Notes: generated from the letters alone by a model not told the origin. 64,000 nt of DNA from Pavona decussata (GCA_977016875.1 CDRNST010000060.1:1240001-1304000); one strand, 5' to 3'; counted from the first letter of the stretch, positions 13,361 through 25,996 are shown. Numbers and translations: made by a program.

Positions 13361-13559
13361 GGTTGCTTTCCATATGTCAGACTGGTCGTTCCGTAAAATG
13401 GAGTTTATCAATTTGAAGGACTGCTACTTCGAATTCTTCAAAATGGCACATTCTGAGAGTAACGAGCGCCATTTTGAAGGAATCCCATAAAGTAGTATAC
13501 AAAACTGTCGTTTCAATCGGTTGAACTGGTCGGCCAGTTTTGACAGATGGGAAGCGTCC
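13361..13559. mobile_element. PIF/Harbinger-type MITE with TAA target-site duplication
   Basis: TAA|GGTTGCTTTCCATATGTCAGACTGGTCG...CTGGTCGGCCAGTTTTGACAGATGGGAAGCGTCC|TAA. Same family as 38304-38917. Confidence 0.7.
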
Positions 13560-15230
13560 TAAGTGTACTGATCACGTTCAATGAACTTATACTATATACT
13601 TATACTTTTTACCCATAAAAGAGAATACTTGCGACGCCTTCTTTAAATGGATCGTCACTGAAAACGCATGCCATGTGGTTCTTGAAATCAGTTCAACAAA
13701 ATGGTCGATTTTCTCTGACTAACTTGTAAGAGTAAATTTATCTGCTGTTTTGTTGCCCGCCGGTAAAATTTTTCAACTCTTCAGCTAGTTATAAATTATC
13801 TTTAGACCCATGACGAGTTATTCCAGCCTTCATTTGTAGATTTAGCGGAAATCGGAAATGCATTCGTCCAAGACCGATTTTTCAATTATTCAAAAATAAG
13901 CCTTTGAATTATTTTCTCCGTAGTATATTATCTTGTATGCAGCAATGAATGGTAAGTTACTCTTAAGAGGCAAAAAAGCTTAGACATAAACAAAACGCTT
14001 ACTCACCAATTTGTCGTTGCCAGGAAAAGCTGAAGAGTCAAAATTTAATTTTTCAGTCTTCAAATAATCGTTCGTAGAAGTATATTTTTGTGGAAAATTA
14101 AGAGAGTCGTTGAAATGAAGTTTTCACTGGTCAACGCAACAACAAAGCTATCTGGTTTTGAAATACACCTGTGCTCTGTAATTAAAGTTAATCCTTTGCA
14201 AAACCGCATAAAAAGCGTTTACCGCTTTATCAAGGCGTTTTATTAAGTTTAGCTCGGGGCGTGTAGTGGTTTATAATCTAACAAGGCGGTGAATTTTGTG
14301 AACTTTTTTTCTCGAAGAAAAAGGTGTTTAGCTAAACATTTCGAAAGACAGTTTCAAACGTTTTATTTTTCAATACCTTTTTTCTCCTCATCACTGTAAG
14401 TTTTGAAAGCGAACTGATCTTCTCGATAGCTTCCTTTGTGACAAAGCCCTGAAAAGATAATTTATTATTTTTTTGGCCGGCGCCACTTAGGACAGAAGCT
14501 TGTTAACACCTCGTTCTGTTTGTCGCAGTGGAGATTTTAAATATTTACCGTGGATTGGCTTTTAATTTGCATTTTTAATCTCGATATTCACTTTTAACTG
14601 GATACACGACAATATTAACAAATATCATTAACTTCCTCTGTAAACAAAAAAACCATCCCGCAGTGTGAAGTTTCGGAACGCTGCAACCCAATCGTTACTT
14701 CATTTTGCTAATGTTGATAATCACTACTGAGAATCAAGATGTAATGAGCGCGGTTGGCTTTACGTATATAAAGATAAGAATTGAAGTGAACGTATAAAGC
14801 GCCGGGTTAGAGTGAGTTATATTAATTGTAATTCCGTGCAATAATCAAGCGAATTTCGAGGGAAAAGTTGACACTTTTAGAGCTATTGTAGCGCACAGTT
14901 GCAAGTGCGGAAGGCAAGTACTGAGGCTGAGCGTGCGCGATGTGCTGGAAGCGCGACAACGAGGGCTCTGGGAACGAGATTGGAATAACGATTGGTTGAA
15001 CCAAACAGCCACCGTTAGAGCCTCTGCTTCGTAACCAGTAGTCTGAATTTTCTATGTTTCATCGGGAGAATGGACTGTGAAAGCGCCAATATTTTGAGTG
15101 TTTACATATTTAAACGCCATAAATGTCTCAATTCAGAGGATAATTCATAGCTGTACAGCCAGTGACTGCTCAAGGAAATTTCTTGCTGTAGTACTTCGTC
15201 ATGTCAGAACATCCAAGCTTGTGTCCAACA

Positions 15231-15626
15231 CACAGGGCGCAGAGGAGTCAAATGTGTTGTAAATGAGCGGCTAAATTCTCCGGCGGAAACCGATTTTGTT
15301 GATTTAAATACAAGAACGTTATTACGCGTCTGTTGAAAGATTAACTCCAAGCTGGCTATGACCGCCTATGGGGAAACGATCGGGCGACGTCGGAACAGCG
15401 AAGCTTTTACAGCGAGGCACGAAGTGCCGAGAGAGCAATTTATTTCTACCGTAAGCCCACCGTAAGCTACGGTAATGCGCCCATAATCATTTATGCATGC
15501 GGCTTGTGTCTTGGGGTTAATCTTTCTGCAGACGCGTAATAAGATCCCATGACGCTTTGTTAGATCACGTTCTTGTATTTACTTAGCCGCTCATTTACAA
15601 CAAATTAGACTCCTCTGCGCCCCGTG
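15231..15626. mobile_element. MITE with ~46-bp TIRs (CAC...GTG) and a 7-bp direct repeat TCCAACA
   Basis: TIRs CACAGGGCGCAGAGGAGTCAAATGTGTTGTAAATGAGCGGCTAA and TTAGCCGCTCATTTACAACAAATTAGACTCCTCTGCGCCCCGTG. TCCAACA at 15224-15230 and 15627-15633. Confidence 0.9.
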
Positions 15627-16351
15627 TCCAACACGGAACTTCGATACAACATCTTGTCAGGTTTTGGGACGTTTCTCTGTCGGTTAACACTCGTTTCCAT
15701 TTCTTAAACTGACCTTGGACGTTCTCTCAGTTAAAATTACATGAAGTGGAACTTATTTCAAAGTTAAGAGGAAAAGAAGAAAAAAAATAGAAAATAATGT
15801 AAGCCTCGAAACCGAGTCGTTTGCTTCATTTCCGGCTATCCATAACCACTACAGTGACACAAACGAAGACTATCTGCCGAGGCTTGCCAGTAGTTTTTAA
15901 CGTATTTATATCGAGTTACCCATCACAATAAATGAAATCTATCCGTTTTCAAATAAGTGCTTAACCCTAAATACTGTAGATCGGTGCTAAGCCCCCAAAC
16001 GATGTTACTTGCCTGGCTGAAGCTCTACTCAGGGCGGTTGGCAGTGTTAATGGACAGTTTTTCAAAATGGTGTCTATTTCGTGGGCTATTTCTAACTGAG
16101 AGGGAACGTTAAAGCTCTGTGTTAGATGGTTAAGACTTTTCCATGCGTCTCCAGCTCAGTGCGGTAACTGATTTGAACCAATCTTTGTTGTGTCGTTTTA
16201 AACGGGCAAAAATTGCTCCAAATGTCTTTGCTGAAGGTGCAGGTGTCAAATGACGTAGAGGACATGCGCAGTGTGCTAATCAGTCTATCAGAGCAGCCTC
16301 TCTTTCAGGGTAGACAAAATGGATATAAAATTTACACAGTGCCTTGGATTC

Positions 16352-16647
16352 TAGACTGTTCACAGTCCCCCTATTTTTCCGAGGGATTCTCGAGACCGGT
16401 ACGCTCCGATGGAACCGCCGCCATCTTGGTTTATAAAAGCGAGCGCGATCTGGGGAGAGTGTCTAAACTACCGAGGGGAGCGGGAGTGGGTGGTAGTATA
16501 GTGGGGGGATCCGCTCCCCTCCCCTCGGTAGTTTAGACACTCTCCCCAGAACGCGCTCCATTTTACAAACCAAGATGGCGGCAGCTCCATCGAACCGTAC
16601 CGGTCTCGAGAATCCCACGGAAAAATAGGGGGACTGTGAACAGTCTA
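16352..16647. mobile_element. Foldback MITE (TAG...CTA termini) with a perfect 9-bp TSD CTTGGATTC
   Basis: Near-perfect inverted arms of ~130 bp. TSD at 16343-16351 and 16648-16656. Explains the mirror ORFs 16213..16536 and 16463..16663. Confidence 0.95.
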
Positions 16648-19339
16648 CTTGGATTCCACCCAAGAGTTGCTTGAAATGCTTACAAGGAATAACAACTCTG
16701 ACAGTCTACGTTTCCCTTGTCAAGTTCTTGAAATGAAAAAAAAAAAGGTGTAATAAACAGACCAGAAACTAAAAATTCAAACGTAGAATAAGTAACTAAA
16801 CGTTGTTTTTCCATTTTATAGCAAAATTTACCGTTGGATTCTAGCGTTGTTTTGTTTAAAAATATCAATTCTCTCGAGCGTTTTTCTCTTGTTTATAAAG
16901 CGTGGGAACTTTTTGGAATATTCAATTTTGTCTGTATACTGTGCCACTTAAATACTTTCGAGTCTTAATGAAAAACTCAAGTGTGGTCATTGAAATGAAA
17001 GCTTTTGCAGATACTCTCTGTGATGCTGTTTATTAAATGTTGTCAGTACTGTTCGAGGAGGTTCTGTGGATGAAATTCTAAAGTGCCGTCATTAGAAAAT
17101 ATACTGCTGAGTAGTATACTTTCTTATGGTGCTGTTTTATATTATGATGTAAAAGTTGAACTCTTTGGCGTGATGAAGTCGTTTCGTGTGAAAGTTGTTG
17201 AGCAGGACTTTTCCTGTTTGTATTTAATTTACCCCGAGGGAACATTTCATCAAATTTGTCAAATTTAAGTTTGTGCTGGCTCTCCTATGGGATCTCGATG
17301 CTCGAAGTCTTTTAATTAAACGGAAGTCGTTTGTCACGTTTGAATTCTCAAGCATGATTTCCTGCCTCGATCCTTGCTGCGTATTGGCTCACAAGAAGAG
17401 TTTTTCATTACTTTTAATTACTTTTACAGGCGGAACTGTTGAATACGAAGGTTAATTGAAAATGCAACTGTTCGTGCCCTGTTGAAAATCGCAACTCTGA
17501 GTTTTAAACACCTTATTGCTCAAATTTTACATCCAACTTGTGACGTTTGGTTCTTTCCATGAAGCGTGTCGAATGCGGGCTATTATAAAAACATCCAAAA
17601 TAACACTTAATGTGTTGGCGTTGAAGGTTTCCTTTTAATACCCGTTTTCTCTTTTAACGCCAGCTTGTGAATGCGATAAGGTGTTTCGCGTTTGTGAATT
17701 CAAACAAAGGCTTACGTTGCCGAAAGTTAGCGCCCTTAAAATATTTAGCTTTGTTATAAAAATAAGAATTTTTATTTGAGCTAGGTTCTTAATGGTATTT
17801 CCTATCTATACGCTAATATTCAACTCTTCATTTGTATATTCCATTATCCATGTCATTGGGGTTTTTTTCTGTGGTCCTGTTAATAATGCTACTCAAGGCG
17901 GCTCTTAGTTTTGAGTCTGTGGATGAAATCCTAAAGTGTGGACGTTTAAATGAAAGCTAATGAGCGATACTTTCGTTTGGCTCCGTGTTTTATGCCGCAC
18001 GAGGGAGTTCTTTCGAGTCTGTGCGGCTTGAAGGAGTGTTGGTGATCGGCGTCGAATTGCAAACTACATAGCTGTATTTTTCTGACATTTTTCATTGTGA
18101 CATATTCAAATGAAACCCGTTGAACTGTACTTTATCGCGTTTGCTTCTTACTTTTTAATTTGACGTTTTTTACATCGGGGCGGATTTAGCAGGTTTAATA
18201 GTTGGTTCAGTTGATCTTCTTACCTTACTGTGGCTACACACAGCATGCTAGCTACATTGGTGAAAACGTATGCAAAAACCGTGATTTAGTGCCCTGGCAG
18301 TCGCGATTCTAAGTAAACTTTGTCAAGACGTTCTCTGACATCTCACAAAACGCGCTTTTCGTTCTGTCAAGAGAACAATGCAGCAGACCCGGTGATGTCA
18401 ATGCTGAAGACCACCGAATATTGCAAGCAGCTTAAACTTTGCCTTACACGGCTTTGTCAAGATTAGCAGTGACAGTTTCACATTATGAGAACAGGTTCCG
18501 GGCGTATTATTTGACTGCAAAGGTTATTGAAAGCGACTCTGAAAAAATTGATTTCTTTTCGCCTGGGATATACCCCTCATACCTCGCGCGTCTCTTCTTT
18601 AAGACATTGGCTAAACTTCCTTTTCAAAATGGAATAAAGTTCGTGACCTTACCTTAGTCTTAACTTAAAGTGTTTTCCGGTTGTTTTGAATCTCTGGGCA
18701 GCTTCTGTTGCTATGCCCCCTTCGCTGTTTGAACTGAGAATATTAATCCTATACACGTGAAGTTACTTCAGAGAAAATAATATACTTTTTAGGCTGTTGA
18801 CTCAGCAGCGATCGGCCGTTGTTGCCCAATTTCTGACTTTTGACAGCCTTCACAGAGCGAAACAAAAGACTCAAGAGTGGCCTAAGCTCGAAACTTTCTC
18901 TCTGTTGACTTTTGCCGCAAGTTTTCATTAAAAACGCTATTTGCCATCGCTTGTGTGGAGGGCTTCGAACAGGAATATTAATTGCGACTAAAACACACAA
19001 TTAACGCGCGCCAATAGCAAGGCCCCCCTGTCACCGATCAATAGGCCGCTCGTTTAACAGCCAAATCCTGATGTTTTCTTAAGATTGTTGATTTAATTTA
19101 CCGCATTCGATGCGTGGCAACATCGTGATTAACTACCTAGCAAGCTGTCCAGCAGGGATTGAAAACTTCACCTCAAGGGCAATCGTCAACGACAGGATTT
19201 TGACTTGGGTGAAGGCGACAGTTAAAAGCCCAGCAAATCCGCTTAGATTTTATGGTTCGCGTCGGGGTGTTTTAAATTTTCGAGCAAGAGTAGCTGGTTC
19301 TATTTGTATACTCGGTGCTCATGTTTTTTCACAACGAAA

Positions 19340-19864
19340 ATGGAGACTTCTAAAGTTCCATTGCGGGGAAAAGTGAAAGATGCCGAGGCCGAAGCCTTGC
19401 TGAAATTGCTTCGGCAGGAGAAGGAGTACAATGATCGCCTATCGGCTCCGCAAATTCAACAAAGAATTCCTTTACCAGCGATCGGAAGTAGGGTCAGTGA
19501 CAACAAATCACAACAATGCAAGGAAACGGATCCAACATTTATAACAGAAACACTCGAAAGCTCTCGCTTCAACTCAAACGTTGAAGACGACAAGGAGTTG
19601 CTTAGTGACTCAAATTTTCTTTGGACAACGCCGAAAACAGAGGTGAATAATAACGTACGTACGTCGTTTCAAAAAGATATTTATGTTCCGCCGTACTCGT
19701 GGAAAGGACAACAAGGTGGTTCTTGTACCAATTTCAACCGACAGCGTAAAAAATCGAACGGGCGAACATTACCACCACTTGAAATTCCTTCATCTCCTAG
19801 TTCCGACCTGCTCGAGCGACCTTCCTGCCCGTATTCAAGCTCACCGAAGTTCTGGGACGAATAA
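19340..19864 (+). CDS. Orphan gene B: uninterrupted ORF, ~174 aa, probably disordered; paralogue of gene A
   Basis: ATG in a good context (gaaaATGG). VPLRGKVKDAEAEALLKLLRQEKE...LPAIG and SDLLERPSCP align with gene A. Confidence 0.75.
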   Translation: METSKVPLRGKVKDAEAEALLKLLRQEKEYNDRLSAPQIQQRIPLPAIGSRVSDNKSQQCKETDPTFITETLESSRFNSNVEDDKELLSDSNFLWTTPKTEVNNNVRTSFQKDIYVPPYSWKGQQGGSCTNFNRQRKKSNGRTLPPLEIPSSPSSDLLERPSCPYSSSPKFWDE

Positions 19865-20643
19865 CGATGTCATGGAACACACAGGAAGTTATGGTCGGGA
19901 ATTGTCGCTCTCGGCTGTAGTGTAGAAATTGACGTAAAGGAATGTTTCATATGGAATCCGTTTTCCATCTGGCGAAAAGATATGGTGTTGAACAAGTGCG
20001 CGCTTGCTTGGCAATCAAGCCTTAAGCCGTGAGGGAATGACCACAAAGATTCTAGGAGAGTGCATCTGCAACTTCGGGACATGCAATTTGCGGAGATTGG
20101 TCACGACACGCTAAAATGGCAGTTCCGTCGCCAGTGAATTCTCAAAGAAACAATTTCTGTTTTCAGTCAATTTATCCAAGCCTTTAATATGGGATCCAGT
20201 AAGAGCCTCCACTTAAGCCGATAACCTCTCTTCTAAGATAAAATTGTTTCTTGAAGAGAAGTTAACGACCTGGGACACCCACCAAGATAATCAAGCTTAT
20301 CATTCAACGAACGCGCTTGCCGAGGAAGACAACCTGGCGATTTGTGACCTTAAGGAAACGAAAATAAACCTGCAACTGTGCAAGGGAAAAGCTATAAAAT
20401 CTGTCACTGCACCGTTCATATTACTATTAAAAGAAACGTTCTTGAATTACTGTTTCGATTATCATGCGATTTTCGGCACTCAATTGTGTTTTCATTAGGT
20501 CACTAACCACAAGGGCCGAGTTCCTGAATGGAACAGTTGTTACACGATTTTCTTTGAGATCGACGATGACACTAATTCGTAAGTACAACAAATCTTTGAA
20601 AGAAACTATTAAACTCAAGAGCAGAAGGGAAATAGCTGAGCGA

Positions 20644-20657
20644 GTTTCCCAGGCAAC
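20644..20657. promoter_or_regulatory. RFX X-box-like palindrome GTTTCCCAGGCAAC
   Basis: Near-consensus X-box about 0.8 kb downstream of gene B. Function untested. Confidence 0.25.
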
Positions 20658-22014
20658 GTCAGTAAATCCACATCCATTCGCCAGTTCATTCTTTTGTTTA
20701 CCGCAAAAACGAAGACGGTAACCTTTCGAAAAATAAGCAAGTTTCTGAATATTGTTTACACAAGCTTCTAGTTGTGTTGGATGAAGGAAAAAAAATAAAC
20801 TGTGAGCACGTTGAAATACCGGCGTTTCCAATTTTGTTGCGCGGTCTTTAAAAGTATTCACAAAAGCAAACTAAGACAGAAAAAAGTATTTATCCGTAAA
20901 GACTAAAGGAGTCGATGCTCAGTTCATGCATTTTATTTTATTTTAAACTCTCGAGTCTTTGGATAAAATCCTACAGTATTAGAGATTGAAAGTTTTTGAA
21001 CATCGGTTTCTTATGAAGCTGTTTGTTTTACCCGATTCGCAAAATGAAATTGGGGACGTTTTTTGTTCCAGCACTCTATAACAGCAACTGAGTAAATGGT
21101 TTCAAATTTGCTTTCGCTCGCGAAAGGATTCAAGTTTGCTTTCTTTTGACTTTTGGGTTGTGGTTTAACCAGAGAGGTTGTTTTCCACCGCAAATTTGAA
21201 ATGTTTACTTTTAAAATCGTTGGCAAGTTTTACTCGAACTACTGAACTAAGAGTTAACGGATTAAAAAAAAAGACTCAATTTTCCTCAAGAACATTGTAA
21301 GGTGAAGAAGGGGAGCTTCAAAAATGGGAAGCTCCAACAGCAGTGCCCGAAGTAACCTCAAAGTGTTGCTGGGTTCAAGAACAAATCTTGCGTGCTTCTT
21401 ACCTAATCTCGGTTGTCGCTCCATTTAGATTTGCATAATTGAAGTAAAGTTTGCTTAAGTGTGCTTGTTTAAACAACTAAACGACTTGAAACACTTTAGT
21501 GAAAGCATTAACAAGTCGCAAATTAGTTTGGAAAGCGAAAGCGGCAACTAACAGACATGAGTGAGATGTCTTCTCAACCGGGGTCATTTTCCAAAGTGTC
21601 CATTTTTTTCGCTTTAGTCACGGGAACTTTTAGAACTATTCGTTTATCACTTCTGCTAATTCCTTTGCTACTAAGAAGCGGCGAGTCGAGTTCTTGTTAA
21701 CGCTTCACAATCTAGGATAGACAAACTGCAGAAAGTTTTCTAAATTTCCCCTGCGGAAAAAAAAAACCGGATAGCATGAAGGAAGGTACTGTTCATGAGC
21801 TTTTTAGAACCTTCATATACATGACTTCATTCAAAGACTTGAAAGCGGAGCCACTTTAAAGACCTGGTGAAACTGCTACTTTGGCCCCCTCCCCCAGTCG
21901 ATCAAATTCTAACCTTTCTATTTCGTATTTTGTCGCGGTGGCCCTTGCAAACACAGTTAATTACTGGTTTTTGCTTGAAGATATGAATTTTATTTTCTCG
22001 TGTTAAAACCAATA

Positions 22015-22846
22015 CATTCGAACCTCCATGTGCGACCACATCTCGTAAGCGACCACCTCCCATAAGCGACCACCTCTCCAAAACACCAAATTTTCCCTAG
22101 TCAAATCCCTACAGTAAAAACCTCTCGTAAACGACCACACCTCTAATAAGCGACCGCGACCACTTTTTGAGGTAACAACATTATAATTTTTCATTGTTTT
22201 AACCTCTTATAAGCGACCCCTTGACACATGGTCTGATCTTCATATTCGCTGTATGTACTACGCTACTCAGAATTTCACCTTCACCATCACCTATCCACTT
22301 CGTACCATGTGGCACATAAGGCCTCAACACAACTCCACCAATCAGCTCTGTCAGCCGCTGCGATTTGTACCTCACTCCAATACGTCCATCCAGCCTTTTC
22401 CCTTTCCCTCTCCGCCGTCCTCCTCCATGTTGTCCATGTTGTTGGTCTGCCCCGTTTTCGTCTCCCTTCCGGTGTCCAGGTTAATGCAGTCCTGCAGTCA
22501 TTATTCGGTTCTTTCCTCATGATGTGGCCGATGAATTTCCATCTCCGCCTTCGCACGTCCTCATTGAGATTTTCCATCTCAGCCATCATCAGGACTTCTT
22601 TGTTTCTTTTACTCTTTCCTGCTAGCGTATCTTAAATATCCGTCTAAGAATTTACGAGGAACTTTTAGTGACAACTAGCACTGCTCGTTTTGCCACTAGG
22701 AATAAATCCTTTTCGATTAAGTATAGATGTGTCAGATGTGTTCCCGGAAGAAACTCCCTGTGGTTCCACTCTCGTAAGCGACCACCTGCCGTAAGAGACC
22801 ACTAAATCTTGGCATTTTGGTTGGTCTCTAACGGGAGGTTTGACTG
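22015..22846. mobile_element. Tc1/pogo-type MITE (TA TSD) with internal TAAGCGACCACC repeats; carries an RTE insertion
   Basis: TA|CATTCGAACCTCC...GGGAGGTTTGACTG|TA, with repeated TAAGCGACCAC motifs. Confidence 0.8.
22276..22646 (-). mobile_element. 5'-truncated RTE-clade LINE (3' end of the RT ORF)
   Basis: Translation RRRRWKFIGHIMRKEPNNDCRTALTWTPEGRRKRGRP..TWRRT...W...AADR..W...VEALCA is the typical RTE C-terminus. Short GGTGA tail. AGAATTT is repeated at 22269-22275 and 22647-22653 (TSD). Confidence 0.92.
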
Positions 22847-24110
22847 TATTGTACTCACTCGCTGCGCTCGCTCATAAAATATTTGTTTTTATCCCTCGAA
22901 AGTAAAATTCGTATCTTCGCGCCACCGTGTAATATTCTCTACATAATTTCATTAACACTAGCGTTGGTTGTTGACATGACTACGAGTTATGGTATATTTT
23001 TTATGCGATAACAAAGAAGGCCTTGTTGTCTTATGGAAATTACTAAATAGAATGGAGCCACGCACATTTTGGTCCTTTTGTTTTAAATTTCAAATCATCG
23101 CTTTCTTGAGTTGATCTGTTGAACCCGCTGAATTTTACTTCTTTGGCTGGTTCCACTCGAGAATGTTTTCCTTGACAGCGGGAGTCCATGACTCCTACTC
23201 ACAGTTTTTGTTTACAATTTTGACTTGCTCATGTGTTTAAAAGGTTGAACGTTTTAAAAAACTAGAAGGTCAGGGCTTGTCAAGGACAAACTTGACAAAT
23301 TTTGCGTTACACACGAGAATATTAAACTTGAGAAAATGCAGTTGTGAAAGAAACCTCGCTTGCGTGCAACTGACTTTTGTCCGCTGATGCCAACCTCGTC
23401 CCCAGGGTCCTCGCGAAATTCAAAATGGCGGGCGGCGGGTGGTGGTATATTTCACCACTCACAAGTTACAAAAAAGACAAAGAGAATAGGAGACGCTCAA
23501 AGAGAAAGTGGCGAGGAAGCCTTAGGAGAAACGGCAGGGCGTATAGAATATGGCTTCCTTATTACAGTGCCAAATTAAATGTTAAAAAGTTTAGAAACTC
23601 ACTGTGATAGATTTCACTGATTACAATTACAATTATTAGCACCGCACAACATCAACGTTAAAAAAAAAACTACTTGAGAGTAATCTTTAATGAGGATGCC
23701 AACGTCACAAAATTGCTTTACAGAAGGGTCCTCTAGAAAATTACCAAGAACAAATAAAAACCTAATCATAGAAACAAGAAATGAAAAAGTATATACACAA
23801 AGGTTAAAAGTAGAACTGAAAGGATCATAAAATGGCTTTTGACAGTCCACGTTTAAAAGCAGTCAGTGACTCTGCTTCCCTTATCGCGGGATCTAATCTG
23901 TTCTAATCTTTACATTGAGGTGAAAGAAATGCAATTGAAGTTGACGTCTTTTTCACCTCCACATATCCTACAGCGTTTAAGTGTGATCACTCTCCATTGT
24001 TCCGTAGTTAATATCCGTAAAGGCACAAAGGACGGAAGACCACTGATTTCCGTATGGATGGTGACGGATTTGGAAGACATGATAATTCAGGTTAGCCCCC
24101 CTGTGTTATG

Positions 24111-24387
24111 AACAATTATTCCATGAGTGCGCGTTGGATATGAGATAGAAAGCCAACGAGGCATTATAATCATACCATATCCAACAAGCGCGAGTGGAAT
24201 TAATTTTTCATTTGAAACATCCAAGAAATATTGCTAGATCTTTCTGATATTGCTAGGCAAGAACGACCAGGAGACAATTTAATGGTCGCTTTTTCTAGAG
24301 CATGGAATAATAATGAATCATATGCCACGACAACTAAGTCAATTAAAACTCACGAACTGCATTATCCAATGATCATGTTTTTAGAAA
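24111..24387. repeat. Second, inverted copy of the 7785-8072 hairpin repeat family
   Basis: AACAATTATTCCATGAGTGCGCGTTGGATATGAG...; ORFs 7736..7933(-) and 24231..24413(+) give similar spurious peptides. Confidence 0.8.
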
Positions 24388-24652
24388 TGACTGTCCTTCG
24401 TTGCCGAAGATGATTGTCTTGTATTTGAGTTGAGGCCTATATCAAACAGGCTCTCATGTGGGCGGTCAGACCCGCACGGGATCTGCAGTAACGTTGACAA
24501 TTGTTGACAATTTTTTTCAGTTTTAGTAATACAACTTATCAAAATGCATGAATGCAGTATAAAAGGCCTTACCTCTTTTGGAGTTTGATCAAGAAGTCAA
24601 GGTTGAAGCAGGCCTTGTCTGCTTCTAGAACTTCGAAAACGCATGGTTTATT

Positions 24653-24793
24653 CAGCCCCGCGCTCAGTCTTCCTGGGTGCGCAGTCGAACATGACGTCAC
24701 CCGATAAGCTGATCGGGAAGATGTACCCAGGACGCCCTCCGACACAACGTTCGGTTCGCTCGATAAGCGAGTTTAGGGCTGGGAACAAGGCTG
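24653..24793. mobile_element. Small MITE (CAGCC...GGCTG) with a 9-bp near-perfect TSD
   Basis: TGGTTTATT|CAGCCCCG...GGGAACAAGGCTG|TGGTTTATG. Confidence 0.65.
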
Positions 24794-24826
24794 TGGTTTA
24801 TGAAGTTCGCTTACTAATATAACGTT

Positions 24827-24948
24827 GAGAATGATGTATTAATCAGTAAATGACACAGTAACACTCGGAAAAAGAAATTCCGAGTGCTCCTATCAGGAGT
24901 CGAACCTAAGACCTTCCGATTACTAGTTCGGATGCTCTACCACTGAGC
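24827..24948 (-). mobile_element. tRNA-derived repeat insertion (truncated cloverleaf plus downstream hairpin) with a 10-bp TSD ATATAACGTT
   Basis: Minus strand GCTCAGTGGTAGAGCATCCGAACTAGTAATCGGAAGGTCTTAGGTTCGACTCCTGATAGGAGC (A and B boxes). TSD at 24817-24826 and 24949-24958. Confidence 0.9.
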
Positions 24949-25815
24949 ATATAACGTTCGCACGAATTGCGAATTTGTTATTAGGATTCATGTGCATCAC
25001 AATTCCCTATGTTCTCGGTATATCGCTGTTTATTGGCTATCGGTCTTTCCAAGGTGAAGTACCATTTAGTCCAATAAAATAAGGTTTTCTTGTTCTTTTC
25101 TTGTTTTTCTCCGTTCTTCGTTTTTCTCTTTGTTCACTCCAAGAAAACTAAGATTACAGAGGCATCAGATTGTCGATTACTTGGTGCGTGGTCGTAAAAA
25201 CGCATCATGGACTCTAGAACTCTGAAAAAGAATTAGGAGAACTCATTTCCCCTATAGCTTTAAGTTACTGTCCTTGGGGACGTAATAATGCAACCACCAG
25301 TGTCTGTATTTTTTTTTTAAATAAATTTTCTTTTGCGTTTGGTGTCTTCTTTTAACGACCAAACTCTGGCTCGGTCGTACGATAGTGCATGAAGATAAAA
25401 GGAAAAAAGGAAGGGGTTTTATCAGAATTTACGGCAATTGACTCGTCACTTTTAACTAGCTAAGGAAAAAATTGAAGAGCAGGATATTCTTGGGTAAAAA
25501 GTTTGTGTAGTACGTGTGTGCGACCGACCGCTGACCTGTTAGCACGTGGTTTTGGACTTTGCATATAAACAACATTAACTACACGCGCGAATAACCAATA
25601 TGTCCTTATTTTGCCTTTTTTTTTTGCAAGTAACTTCGGTAGAGTGTTAAATGCATTTCCCTCAAAATCTCGTAGCACCACCCTAGAGCAGGATTACTAT
25701 GTATGGGGTCGTTCAGAACCTGTTCTTCTGAGTGAGGCTATTCTCATCATAAGCGCCCACGATATGTTTGATCTGTGTCAAGAGTGGAGACCAAAATTAG
25801 CGCGAGATCTGGTAT

Positions 25816-25994
25816 AGGTAGTTTGCAACCAATCCCTGGAGATCCAAAAAGACAACGGTATGGCGGCCATGTTGGATGACAAAACAAAAGGTTCCGTCAT
25901 CCAACGTGCCTGCCACACCATTGTTTTTCTGTCATCCAACGAGGCTGCCACACCATTGTTTTTTGGATCTCTAGGGATTGGTTGCAAACCACCT
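25816..25994. mobile_element. Palindromic MITE (AGGT.GTTTGCAACCAATCCC TIRs); second copy at 27573-27716
   Basis: Clear inverted arms flanked by AT. Copy 1 has an extra internal ~35-bp duplication. Confidence 0.9.
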
Positions 25995-25996
25995 AT

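Noticed and set aside
24876-24948. Functional tRNA-Thr gene (also at 32513, 50215, 53545 and 54830)
   Set aside because: Copies are truncated or mismatched, have an 8-nt anticodon loop and sit in a repeated unit with TSDs. Treated as tRNA-derived repeats.
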